DNA of 64,000 nucleotides from Magallana gigas (Eukaryota): NCBI RefSeq assembly GCF_963853765.1, contig NC_088859.1, positions 3,224,001 to 3,288,000 of the forward strand, read 5' to 3'. Shown piece by piece: positions 43,652 to 53,188 of this stretch (position 1 is its first letter; each line of letters starts with the position of its first letter). The notes under the pieces were generated by a model. It saw only the letters and a program-made list of their open reading frames with translations, ran no database searches and was not told where the DNA came from. The position numbers and the translations under genes were made by a program.

Positions 43652-46600
43652 ATGTCTACTGTCAAGGAGATGCTGGAGCTACTTGAAGTGGGGACCAAGA
43701 TGGGGATGAAGGATGAAGACCTTCAACAATTCGTGAAGGACGAACAGGCCAGAATGCGGGACGAACGTGAGAAACATAGAGTCGAGAGACAGGAGGAGAG
43801 AGACCAGGAGGAGAGAGACCGCGACTTCAAACTACAGATGGAGAAAGAGCGCGCCGCAAGAGAACATGATGAGCGAGAGCACGCCCGATTGATAGAAGAA
43901 AAGAGACATCAGCAAAAACTAGAAGAACTGGAACTTGATCACAAACTGCAACTCGAGAGATCTCACATGAAGCCGAGTGTTGTGACTAAAGAGGAGAAAG
44001 AAACTTCTCAAGTGATAAAAGGACCAAAACTTCCTCCGTTTGAGGATTCGAAAGACAACATTGACGCGTACATTCAAAGATTTGAGATATACGCAACAAC
44101 GCAGAAATGGAATAAAGACACGTGGGGGACTCATCTTAGCGCATTACTCAAAGGAAAGGCACTGGATGTGTTCGCAAGACTCTCACCCGAAACAGCACTT
44201 GATTTCAACGAGTTGAAGAACGCCCTGTTGAAACGATTTGACATGACGGAGGACGGTTTCCGCAAGAAGTTCCGATTTTCAAAACCAGACGGAAGTGAAA
44301 CTTTTATGCAATTTTCTACCAGACTGGACAGTTACCTTGAGCGGTGGATTCAGCTGTCTAAGACTAACAAGACATTCGATGATCTGAAGGACTTGTTCTT
44401 ACGTGAACAGTTTTTATTGTGTTGCTCGAAAGAACTTGCCTTATTCCTAAAGGAGAGGATTCCTACTTCGATCCAAGACATGGCGCGATACGCGGACCAG
44501 TTTGCTGAGGCCAGAACAGTGACATCCTCTTCACTTACGCAAAAACCGCTCTTTGACAGACGACAGCAGTCCGATAGACAACCGCCGTACAAAGATTCCG
44601 TGCAACAAAACCAATCTGGAAATGCAGTGAAGTGTTATGAGTGCGGACGACAAGGACATAAAGCCTTTAACTGCAACTTCCGCAAAAGTCCGAATAACAG
44701 GCCGTTTAATTCGAGCGAGAAACAAGAAACAACACCGAAACATACTTACCCTAGTGATTTTCAACGTGGGTCGTACAATAATGGGAACCATGGATATCCA
44801 GGACGCGGTAGAGGTCGCCAAGGAGCCGCGAGTGTCGTCGAGAAACATGGAAACTTACCGTGTGTTGGTGATTCGGTTGCTTTCTGTGAAACGGAAATGC
44901 CAGTTGTGAAAGGATGTGTTGGCAATAAACTAGTGACTGTGCTAAGAGACACAGGTTGTAGTGGTGCCGTTATTCGTAGAGAACTGGTAAACGATGATCA
45001 ACTAACAGGGACATCTCAACGATGCAAGTTAGCAGACGGTCGTATTATTGATTCAGATGTGGCTAGAATTGATGTCGATACTCCTTACTTTACCGGAAGT
45101 GTTGATGCTTGGTGCTTTGATTCGCCTTCGTACGATCTTATTCTTGGTAATATTCGTGGAGTAAGGAAACCACATGAACCAAATCCAGCCTGGATTCATT
45201 CCGTTGAAAACATAGCAGCTGTTGAAACGCGTGCGCAACTGAAAAAGAAACAGTCTCCATACAAACCATTGAAAGTACCGGAAGCAATACGGGATGTATC
45301 GCCGGAGGATATCTTACAAGAACAACGAAACGACGAGACACTGAAAAAGTTATGGAGCTTAGCTGAGAGTGGACAGCTTAAACATTTCAGTGACGGCGGA
45401 TTTTCAAAAATGTGTGAACGGAAGCAAATGTTGTTCAGAGAATTTTGCAGTCCCAAAGTGTCCAGTGGAAAACTTTTCCGACAGTTAATCGTTCCTCGGA
45501 AATACAGAACTATCGTCATGAAGATAGCACATGAAACGCTGATGGGTGGTCATCTGGGATCAAAGAAAACAACCGACAGAGTAGTGTCCGAATTTTACTG
45601 GCCAGGAATTCAGTCAGACATTAGACGGTTTTGCAGATCATGTGACGTGTGTCAGCGGACTATTCCGAAAGGAAAAGTACCTGCAGTACCGTTAGGACAG
45701 ATGGACTACAAGATCGATATGGGAGGCAAGCTGAAAACTTTCCACGCAAATCTTCTTAAGAAGTATGTTGAACGAGATACATTGAACTGTGGTGTTTTGT
45801 CAACATGTGCAATTTCACTCATAGACTTTAGTGACCTAGATGATGATGAACAACAGGACTCTATTCTTATGCCACCTGTTACTCAAACCGAAACAGCAAA
45901 GGACATAAAGTTTGCAGACAGACTAACACCAGATCAGTTGGAAACTGCTAAATCACTGTGTGATTCGTTCTCAGATGTATTTACGGATATACCTGGAATG
46001 ACGAACTTAGTGGAGCATAAGATTGTTGTGACATCGTCTGAACCTGTGCGTGTGAAACCATATCCAATTCCGTTCAGTACAGAGAAAACAATTACAGAAG
46101 AAGTTCAGAAAATGCTACAGTTGAATGTGATTGAGCCATCATCTTCCCCTTATTCAGCTCCAGTTGTCATAGCTCGGAAGAAAGATGGAACGAATCGATT
46201 TTGCATTGATTATAGACGACTGAACTGTGCTACGGTATTTGATGCAGAACCAATGCCCAGTCCAGAAAGCATATTTTCCAAAATGACCGGAAAGAAGTTT
46301 GTGTCAAAGATAGACTTAAGCAAAGGATACTGGCAAGTACCGATGGCTGACGAGAGTAAGCCGCTTACAGCCTTTTCCACACCATCCGGATTGTACCAAT
46401 TCAGGACAATGCCGTTTGGTCTTGTAAACGCGCCGGCAACATTTAGTCGTATGATGAGAAAACTACTTCAAGGTATGAACGGCGTAGAAAACTTTATCGA
46501 TGATGTCATTGTTTTTACAGATACCTTTGAAGAACATCTACACATACTGAAGACTGTGTTCGAACGACTCAGAGATGCGGGACTTACGGCCAGACCGACA

Positions 46601-47293
46601 AAATGTTTCATCGGATGTGACAAGATTGACTGTTTGGGACATATGGTGGGCAACAAGTGTCTAGAACCAGAACAGGACAAGATTGATGCAGTCAGAAATG
46701 CGCCAATACCACAAACCAAGAAACAGGTTCGTGCCTTCCTAGGCTTAGCAGGATTCTACAGAAAGTTTATTCCGAATTTCTCTGCGATAGCCATTCCACT
46801 TTCTGATCTTACGAAGAAGGGCCAACCAAATAAAGTTATTTGGACTGAAAGTCAGCAACGAGCTTTTGATACATTGAAACACATGTTATCAGAAAGGCCA
46901 ATATTGAAGTTGCCAGAATTTAATGAAACCTTCATTTTACGCACGGACGCTGCAGATGATGGGATAGGTGCTGTGCTGTTACAGATGGAGGATGACGAGA
47001 AACTACCCGTAGCGTACGCCAGTAGGAAACTTCAACCAAGAGAAAAGGCATACGCTGTTATCGAGAAGGAGTGTTTGGCGGTAGTGTGGGGAATACAGAA
47101 GTTCCACCAGTACCTTTATGGACGCGAGTTTCTACTTGAAACTGATCACCAACCCCTGACCTACCTTAACAAAGCAAAGACAGAGAACTCCAGACTGATG
47201 CGTTGGGCTTTGCAGCTTCAGCCATACCGCTTTAGGATCATTGCGATCAAAGGAAGCGACAATGTGGGTGCGGATTACCTGAGTCGTCAGTGA
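43652..47293 (+). CDS. Gmr1-like gag-pol, 1213 aa, single frame, lacking the integrase DDE core
   Basis: SCAN-like Gag C-terminus (LERW...LFLREQFL), CYEC..GH..C knuckle, LRDTGC protease, IN zinc finger H..GH..C..C, RT FIDD, RNase H TDA..E..D..D. Confidence 0.93.
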   Translation: MSTVKEMLELLEVGTKMGMKDEDLQQFVKDEQARMRDEREKHRVERQEERDQEERDRDFKLQMEKERAAREHDEREHARLIEEKRHQQKLEELELDHKLQLERSHMKPSVVTKEEKETSQVIKGPKLPPFEDSKDNIDAYIQRFEIYATTQKWNKDTWGTHLSALLKGKALDVFARLSPETALDFNELKNALLKRFDMTEDGFRKKFRFSKPDGSETFMQFSTRLDSYLERWIQLSKTNKTFDDLKDLFLREQFLLCCSKELALFLKERIPTSIQDMARYADQFAEARTVTSSSLTQKPLFDRRQQSDRQPPYKDSVQQNQSGNAVKCYECGRQGHKAFNCNFRKSPNNRPFNSSEKQETTPKHTYPSDFQRGSYNNGNHGYPGRGRGRQGAASVVEKHGNLPCVGDSVAFCETEMPVVKGCVGNKLVTVLRDTGCSGAVIRRELVNDDQLTGTSQRCKLADGRIIDSDVARIDVDTPYFTGSVDAWCFDSPSYDLILGNIRGVRKPHEPNPAWIHSVENIAAVETRAQLKKKQSPYKPLKVPEAIRDVSPEDILQEQRNDETLKKLWSLAESGQLKHFSDGGFSKMCERKQMLFREFCSPKVSSGKLFRQLIVPRKYRTIVMKIAHETLMGGHLGSKKTTDRVVSEFYWPGIQSDIRRFCRSCDVCQRTIPKGKVPAVPLGQMDYKIDMGGKLKTFHANLLKKYVERDTLNCGVLSTCAISLIDFSDLDDDEQQDSILMPPVTQTETAKDIKFADRLTPDQLETAKSLCDSFSDVFTDIPGMTNLVEHKIVVTSSEPVRVKPYPIPFSTEKTITEEVQKMLQLNVIEPSSSPYSAPVVIARKKDGTNRFCIDYRRLNCATVFDAEPMPSPESIFSKMTGKKFVSKIDLSKGYWQVPMADESKPLTAFSTPSGLYQFRTMPFGLVNAPATFSRMMRKLLQGMNGVENFIDDVIVFTDTFEEHLHILKTVFERLRDAGLTARPTKCFIGCDKIDCLGHMVGNKCLEPEQDKIDAVRNAPIPQTKKQVRAFLGLAGFYRKFIPNFSAIAIPLSDLTKKGQPNKVIWTESQQRAFDTLKHMLSERPILKLPEFNETFILRTDAADDGIGAVLLQMEDDEKLPVAYASRKLQPREKAYAVIEKECLAVVWGIQKFHQYLYGREFLLETDHQPLTYLNKAKTENSRLMRWALQLQPYRFRIIAIKGSDNVGADYLSRQ

Positions 47294-47410
47294 GATGTAT
47301 AGTAGACAGTACAGGTATGTGTATAGGTTTTATTGTAAATACGTGAGAATTTTCAAAATTCAGTGATTGTTTATTTGAAATTGCAGGACAATTTTTTAAG
47401 GGGGGAGGTG

Positions 47411-48745
47411 TGTGACAATCACTGTTCATATCGAACACACCCGATTTTATTTTTCCCATAATTCTTTGCAACGTGCTTGGCCGACGCTAACAATAGGCGC
47501 TAAGTTATACCCGGCCGAGCTGTCCAGCAATAAAGACGTGCTTAGTGTATGAAGGGGGTATCGTGTTAGAAGCCTGTGTGGCATGTTTTAGTTTCACAAG
47601 TTCAGCATTTGACGCGGACACGGATAGCTGACCGTGGTAAGTATTTATTTAGTTTGGTGTAGTTTATTTGTAAATTTTTGCCTTTTTATTAGTATTACGC
47701 AGTCGTCCTATAAAGTCACCTTGACCATTGTTCACTGTAGAGTTACCTGTGTGTTCACTGATGTGTGACTTTAGCGAGAGTGTTTAAATGGAATTCGTCT
47801 TTTTCTATAGTACAGTTTTTGCTATTGCTGTATAAAGAAACGGTGATTTAAAGGGCTATTTTCTATGCGTTATTTTATTTTACAATTTATGGTCACTTTT
47901 TCCACTTAACTACTTGGGCGGAAGTGCGTCACAGGAAGTCTCAGACGCCATATTGTTTACTGTAAACAAATAACTTAGTTACCATATACTTACAATATTT
48001 TGAGATGTTGCCTTTAATATAATACTATTTATACATTATCATAGTTTGATACTATCAGTGAGATACTTATATGATGTATTATACAATATTGTTTTTATTA
48101 TGGTGTTATGGTGTCACTTGTACACTTATTGTAGTGTCATATTGTTGATGTTGAGAAGATGATGATGTTATGGTGAAGTCGATGACGATGCGATGTTCAT
48201 GTTGATGACGACGATGATGTTATGATGTCGATGACTACGATGATGATGATGGTCATGTCGATGATGATGGTGTAGATGATGTCGTTCATGGTGAAGTCGA
48301 TGACGATGCGATGTTCATGTTGATGACGACGATGATGTTATGGTGATGATGACGACGACGATGTTGATGGTCATGTCGATGAAGATGATGTAGATGATGT
48401 CGTTCATGGTGACGTCGGCGATGATGTTGACGATAGTGTCGATGATTATGATGACGATGGTGGTGATGATGATGATTGTGGTGACGAAACTACTCTAGTT
48501 GTGGTTGTCCGTAGTTGGTCCAGGACTACAGCCCCGGAGATTCGGACACTCTTCTAATTTATTTTTGGTCATTTGTATAAACATCATATTTTTTCTTGTT
48601 GAGTGAAAGTTGTGTGAGTGTTTGTGTGGTTTAGTGTTTATATTTCTATCTTTTCTTTCTTTCTCTTATTTTTTTTGTTATTAAATTTTGTTAAATTTAA
48701 GATGTCTTGTTGTTGTTTGGAGTAGCTTCCGCTCATCCCGTTACA
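47411..48745 (+). repeat. Gmr1-like 3' LTR (1335 bp)
   Basis: Matches the 5' LTR. Confidence 0.95.
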
Positions 48746-48892
48746 CATATGCAAGATAAATCATGAACAGCTTCTGTGTTTACTTTGATATTTTATATCA
48801 TCCAATCTGCGTGTAAACAAAGCTTTTACCGAACATAGAATTGTATCTTTCTTGTTTCTCGAAAACTACAACTTAAATGGTAATTAAAAAAT

Positions 48893-49027
48893 NNNNNNNN
48901 NNNNNNNNNNNNNNNNNNNNNNNNNNNNNNNNNNNNNNNNNNNNNNNNNNNNNNNNNNNNNNNNNNNNNNNNNNNNNNNNNNNNNNNNNNNNNNNNNNNN
49001 NNNNNNNNNNNNNNNNNNNNNNNNNNN
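48893..49027. other. Assembly gap (N run)
   Basis: N bases. Confidence 1.
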
Positions 49028-50753
49028 TGTAGCTCTAATTGTGACAATATCCCATAAAAATCTAAACCATTAGTCATTAACTCATTTTACTTTTCAATGT
49101 TCTCATTTATTGAACAGGAAACGGTGTACAATTAATCTTGAACGAATTATCCAAATTCTACATGAGAATTCAAAAAACAATAGACTATTGTAATCTCAAT
49201 GAACACAATAACTAAACTTATAAAATCGACATGTTTTAGCCAATAATTCCTTTTCATTGCAACCACTGCAAATTTACATAACAAAATAACACTATAATTT
49301 TTAAAAAGGCAAGCTGAATACTTGGCAAATATAAGATATATATTTTCCAAAAATCGATCACACTGGGGTTGATACAAAATTCCTAGGAATATTTCAGATG
49401 CCCGATACTCTGATACCGCCTCAAATATAAACTCTGGCATTACCGCAAAGATAAGCGTTCACCCTGATTAATTGTAATGAACCTATAAACTTGAATTTTT
49501 AACCCACAATTACATAGTGCCAAAACTTAAGGGAGCAGCGTAAGAAAACATCATTCGAGTCGGTGTCCACCATTCAAGTCGCTATCAAGTATATCATACC
49601 CACACAAAGACAAGGTGCAAAACAGAAACAACCGACGTAAACCAAAGAACTTAAACAATTTAGGATAGGATGATGGATAGGATGATGGATCGGATGATGG
49701 ATGCTACATTGACGTGAACATAACTGGGTGTGCTACATCTATCAACATTACTGTAATGCATTGCCAACACGAGTGTTTGCATTTAGATAGATAGAACATT
49801 GCGCATGTCCAGTGAGTTAATTACAAAGCAATGCACAGCCAGTGCAAGATTGCACTGTAAACCTCCAGCCTCGATCCCTTGTTGGCCATCTTGAAAAGAT
49901 GTAAATTCAAGACAAGAGCATGTTGGGGATTGAGACAACTCTTGGTAACAGCTATATCCTGATACCGTATTTAGTGCACATCAATGTAATTAGGTAAAAG
50001 TTTTAAAAAAAACACAACTTATATCATTTCTTTTTAAACAGTCATTGGCCATGTTTAAAAAATATGAAATAAAAACAACAAAAGTTTACCGTCTATCAAG
50101 GAATATTTTTTATATATAATGATATATACATTGTACCGGTATTCTATAATCTATATATTGCGTTTTTACATGTTGTAAAAAATTTCAAAAGAGAGCAAAC
50201 AGGATGTATATGTCCTTATTAGTGTTATACATGTATGAGCTTTCGGCATTGATCAGGGTGTCTTGCGCTTCGATCGTTTTTGTGGAAACACTATCGGTTA
50301 TTTTTATTCTACCTAAATAACAGTGAATTTCGTTTTGATTGAAAAAAAATACAATAAATTGAAATGAAAAGCTATATTGCCATAACGAGCCTCATTGGTT
50401 AATACCCAAGCGGAAGTACATGTGACGTATAATTCATTCTTTAGCCATCCATACCCTCGAGCAGACGTGCATGCTACGGAGCTGTACTCGAAGCTAAGTA
50501 TAGGAAAGGTAATTACAATTTTTAAATTTGATTGCCCGGGGGGCAGAACCTAGTTGGTTCTTTTAGGCCTAGGTGGCCGTTTTACCTAGGTGGTCAATAT
50601 TTTCACATACCTGAGTGGTAGGAATATTCGGCCTAGGTGAGCCGTAATTGTTAAAAAAAATGTATTGTAATGAACCTAGGTGGTTTACCGAAAAAATATG
50701 TGTAAAGCTATTGCATGAAAGATAACCTTTTAGTGTAAGGGGTAGCATATATA

Positions 50754-51896
50754 TGTAACCGGAACCAGTACGACAAGGGCAATAACTCTTGTGATCAAAG
50801 TATCTCTAAAGTCAAATACTGGCTCAGATAAAAATCAACCCAGGTAAGGGGATTCCTGAACTATGGTCAACACTTGTGATGAAAACACCAGTAAGATTTA
50901 TCACAATTTATTAATGTTTATAGAGTTGATTTAAGTCAAGGATAGCAACAAGAATTTTATAATAATAGACAAAAATATGGAAATTAACAAACAGAAGTAC
51001 TCAAAGGGAAAATTACTCTGAAAATATGTATAATCTGAATTTATAATGAACTGATATTACAATGGATACTTGATAACTTAATTAAATTCTACAATTAATA
51101 AAAAAAATAAGAAAATGCAAAAATGCCAAATAATTGCCAAAAATCAAAATATGTTCCTACTGGGCCACCATAGAATCTAAAAATAGATTTAGTAATAACA
51201 GACGAGGAACGATGAATAAGGAACGAGCTACATCTCTATAAATATTAAATTTCTCCTCTATGACAAATAAATGTAAAAATGACTAAGATAATCCTCCTTA
51301 TAAAAATAAGTTATCTACAACACCTTAAACCAGGACTGGGAAAGGGAAAACCTATCTAAACTTACACTCTAAACCTTAAGGAAAATCTGTATTATAAAAA
51401 AAAATGCTTTAAACCCTACAAAAATGAACTAAATCCTAACTCTACATAAATCATGCTTTCTTATACTAAACCTAACTCTAACCTATTCATAGCTGTAAAA
51501 CCAAGAGGTTTAAGTGCCAAGAATAGAAAGGGAGACTTACCATAAGGTAATCACTCCCTAACCCAAGTAAAGAAAACTGACCGAACACTCTCTTATATAT
51601 ACCTGTATTCTATTCACTAATTTTAACCAATGAAAACCACAGAAACTAGACTAACTTAGCCAATCAGAGAACAGGTAACTTTATAACTTAGGCAAAAGTG
51701 ACAACATGGATACTATTTCCTGTAGAAGTGTAACTATAAATAGGATAATTTTTAACTTGTTCAAAATATGAGAGTAGAAAGAATTAAATGATCAACAGTA
51801 AGTATTTGAACCTTAAGAATGACAATAAACTATTTAAACTGTAAAAACTTCAAGAAAAATGCAAACTGTATAATGAAAATAAACAAATTTGTTACA
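50754..51896 (-). repeat. Gypsy 3' LTR (1143 bp)
   Basis: Matches 58420-59562 except for three A/T differences noticed near the U5 end. Confidence 0.95.
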
Positions 51897-51957
51897 TTCC
51901 TCCCCCCTTAAAAATAAACAAAATCACAGATTTTGTTTAATTACTTAATAAATAATG

Positions 51958-52440
51958 TCAAAAGTGATGAGGTTTCATGTCCCTAGCGTTATAACATGTT
52001 GGGAGTTTAAATAGTGGTGTAGAAGAGGCTGATGCTCGACGTCTGGCTTCTGCTGCCCTGTCCCTGGCGTCCTTATGTATAGTAGGCAAGGGCATATCTA
52101 TCTGTCCAGGATTACAGTATCTTGGGTTTTTAATGTTCCGACACAAAATACACCCCTGAAGTCCTGGGTGTTTCTTATCCCAATGCTTACGGATAGGCGA
52201 AATTTTAAAAGCTCTGAAGGAGCATCCTTCCTTAGGACAATTATACACCGGCACAAATTCCTTATGAAATTTTATGAAGTGGGCCCTGTACGATCCTATT
52301 TTGTGAAAGACGTGCTCCCCAGATGGACAGCTAGGAATGGAACACGCTTGTCCATCTGAGGGCCACTCCTTAGGAAAAGATGTACCAAAGAGCTCCTCCA
52401 TCTCCTCTTGTTCAACTGATAACTGTAAAACATCGGCCAT
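51958..52440 (-). CDS. Accessory ORF3 of the Gypsy element: 160-aa protein with two C2H2-type zinc fingers
   Basis: ATG at 52440 in strong context (AGGATGG), 5 nt after a polypyrimidine-CAG acceptor; C-x4-C-x15-H-x4-H and C-x4-C-x12-H-x4-H. Confidence 0.72.
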   Translation of the reverse strand: MADVLQLSVEQEEMEELFGTSFPKEWPSDGQACSIPSCPSGEHVFHKIGSYRAHFIKFHKEFVPVYNCPKEGCSFRAFKISPIRKHWDKKHPGLQGCILCRNIKNPRYCNPGQIDMPLPTIHKDARDRAAEARRRASASSTPLFKLPTCYNARDMKPHHF

Positions 52441-53188
52441 CCTAGCTGAAAATAAAAGAATAATAGGATAACCCAGATTAATGATAGAATTGCAAGCATT
52501 TCTCAATTGTAAATAACCTACTCCGAAATAACTGATGATAAAATCTTAAATTCTAAGACTTTATTGTAAACTGTACTATATAAAGGGTAATTCAATAGCT
52601 ATCTATTCAAAATATGTTTTCTCCTATAGAAAAACATCGAAAATAAAAGATGCCTAAATGCATCTCTCCCTATAGATAAACTATATGAAAAACCGTAGGG
52701 TTGCTTCTAGTTCAGTACAAGGGAGATAAACTAAGGATCATCTACGGAAAGCATTAATCTAAGAATGCTAAACTCTCAATGATTCGTATCTATGTATTAC
52801 CGATACTAGATATTAAAAATATCTATCATGTACTGTTTTGACTTCTAGATAATTATATTAGAAGATACCATCATGTCTTAATAATTAAAACACATAACTA
52901 TCCTTTATCCAATAAAGTTCAAATACAGTATAACCTGAAGGTTAATTTCAAGAGCAAGAAATAAAACAACTCAGAAACACAAACAAAACAACCAGCAATC
53001 TAGATGTGACTAGTAATTTATAATTAAACTTTAATTTTACCTCTATGTATCAGTAATGTTATGCTATCCTGACATACTAAACAAAAATTTAATCAACTCT
53101 ATAATTATTTAATGAATAATAAAGAAAAATATAAAAACAGACTATGTACATAAGGCATAAAAATAATAAAATATGCCTAGATACTGGT

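Larger units (their letters stand above)
42063..48745 (+). mobile_element. Gmr1-like Ty3/Gypsy LTR retrotransposon with CATAT target-site duplication and integrase core deleted
   Basis: 1335-bp TG...CA LTRs; CATAT at 42058-42062 and 48746-48750; PPT AGGGGGGAGG before 47411; domain order Gag-PR-IN(remnant)-RT-RH. Confidence 0.93.
40835..50387 (+). repeat. Locally repeated segment, copy 2 (interrupted by the Gmr1-like element and an N-gap)
   Basis: 40835-42062 and 48751-50387 are collinear with copy A 18728-21630. Confidence 0.9.

Noticed and set aside
49147-49440. 97-aa hydrophobic ORF resembling a membrane protein
   Set aside because: It is frameshifted in copy A, broken in copy 1, and its composition is what AT-rich non-coding DNA yields.
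51958-52506. Calling Gypsy ORF3 an env gene
   Set aside because: It has no signal peptide, furin site or transmembrane anchor. The hydrophobic residues before Met23 of the ORF-track protein are the polypyrimidine tract.
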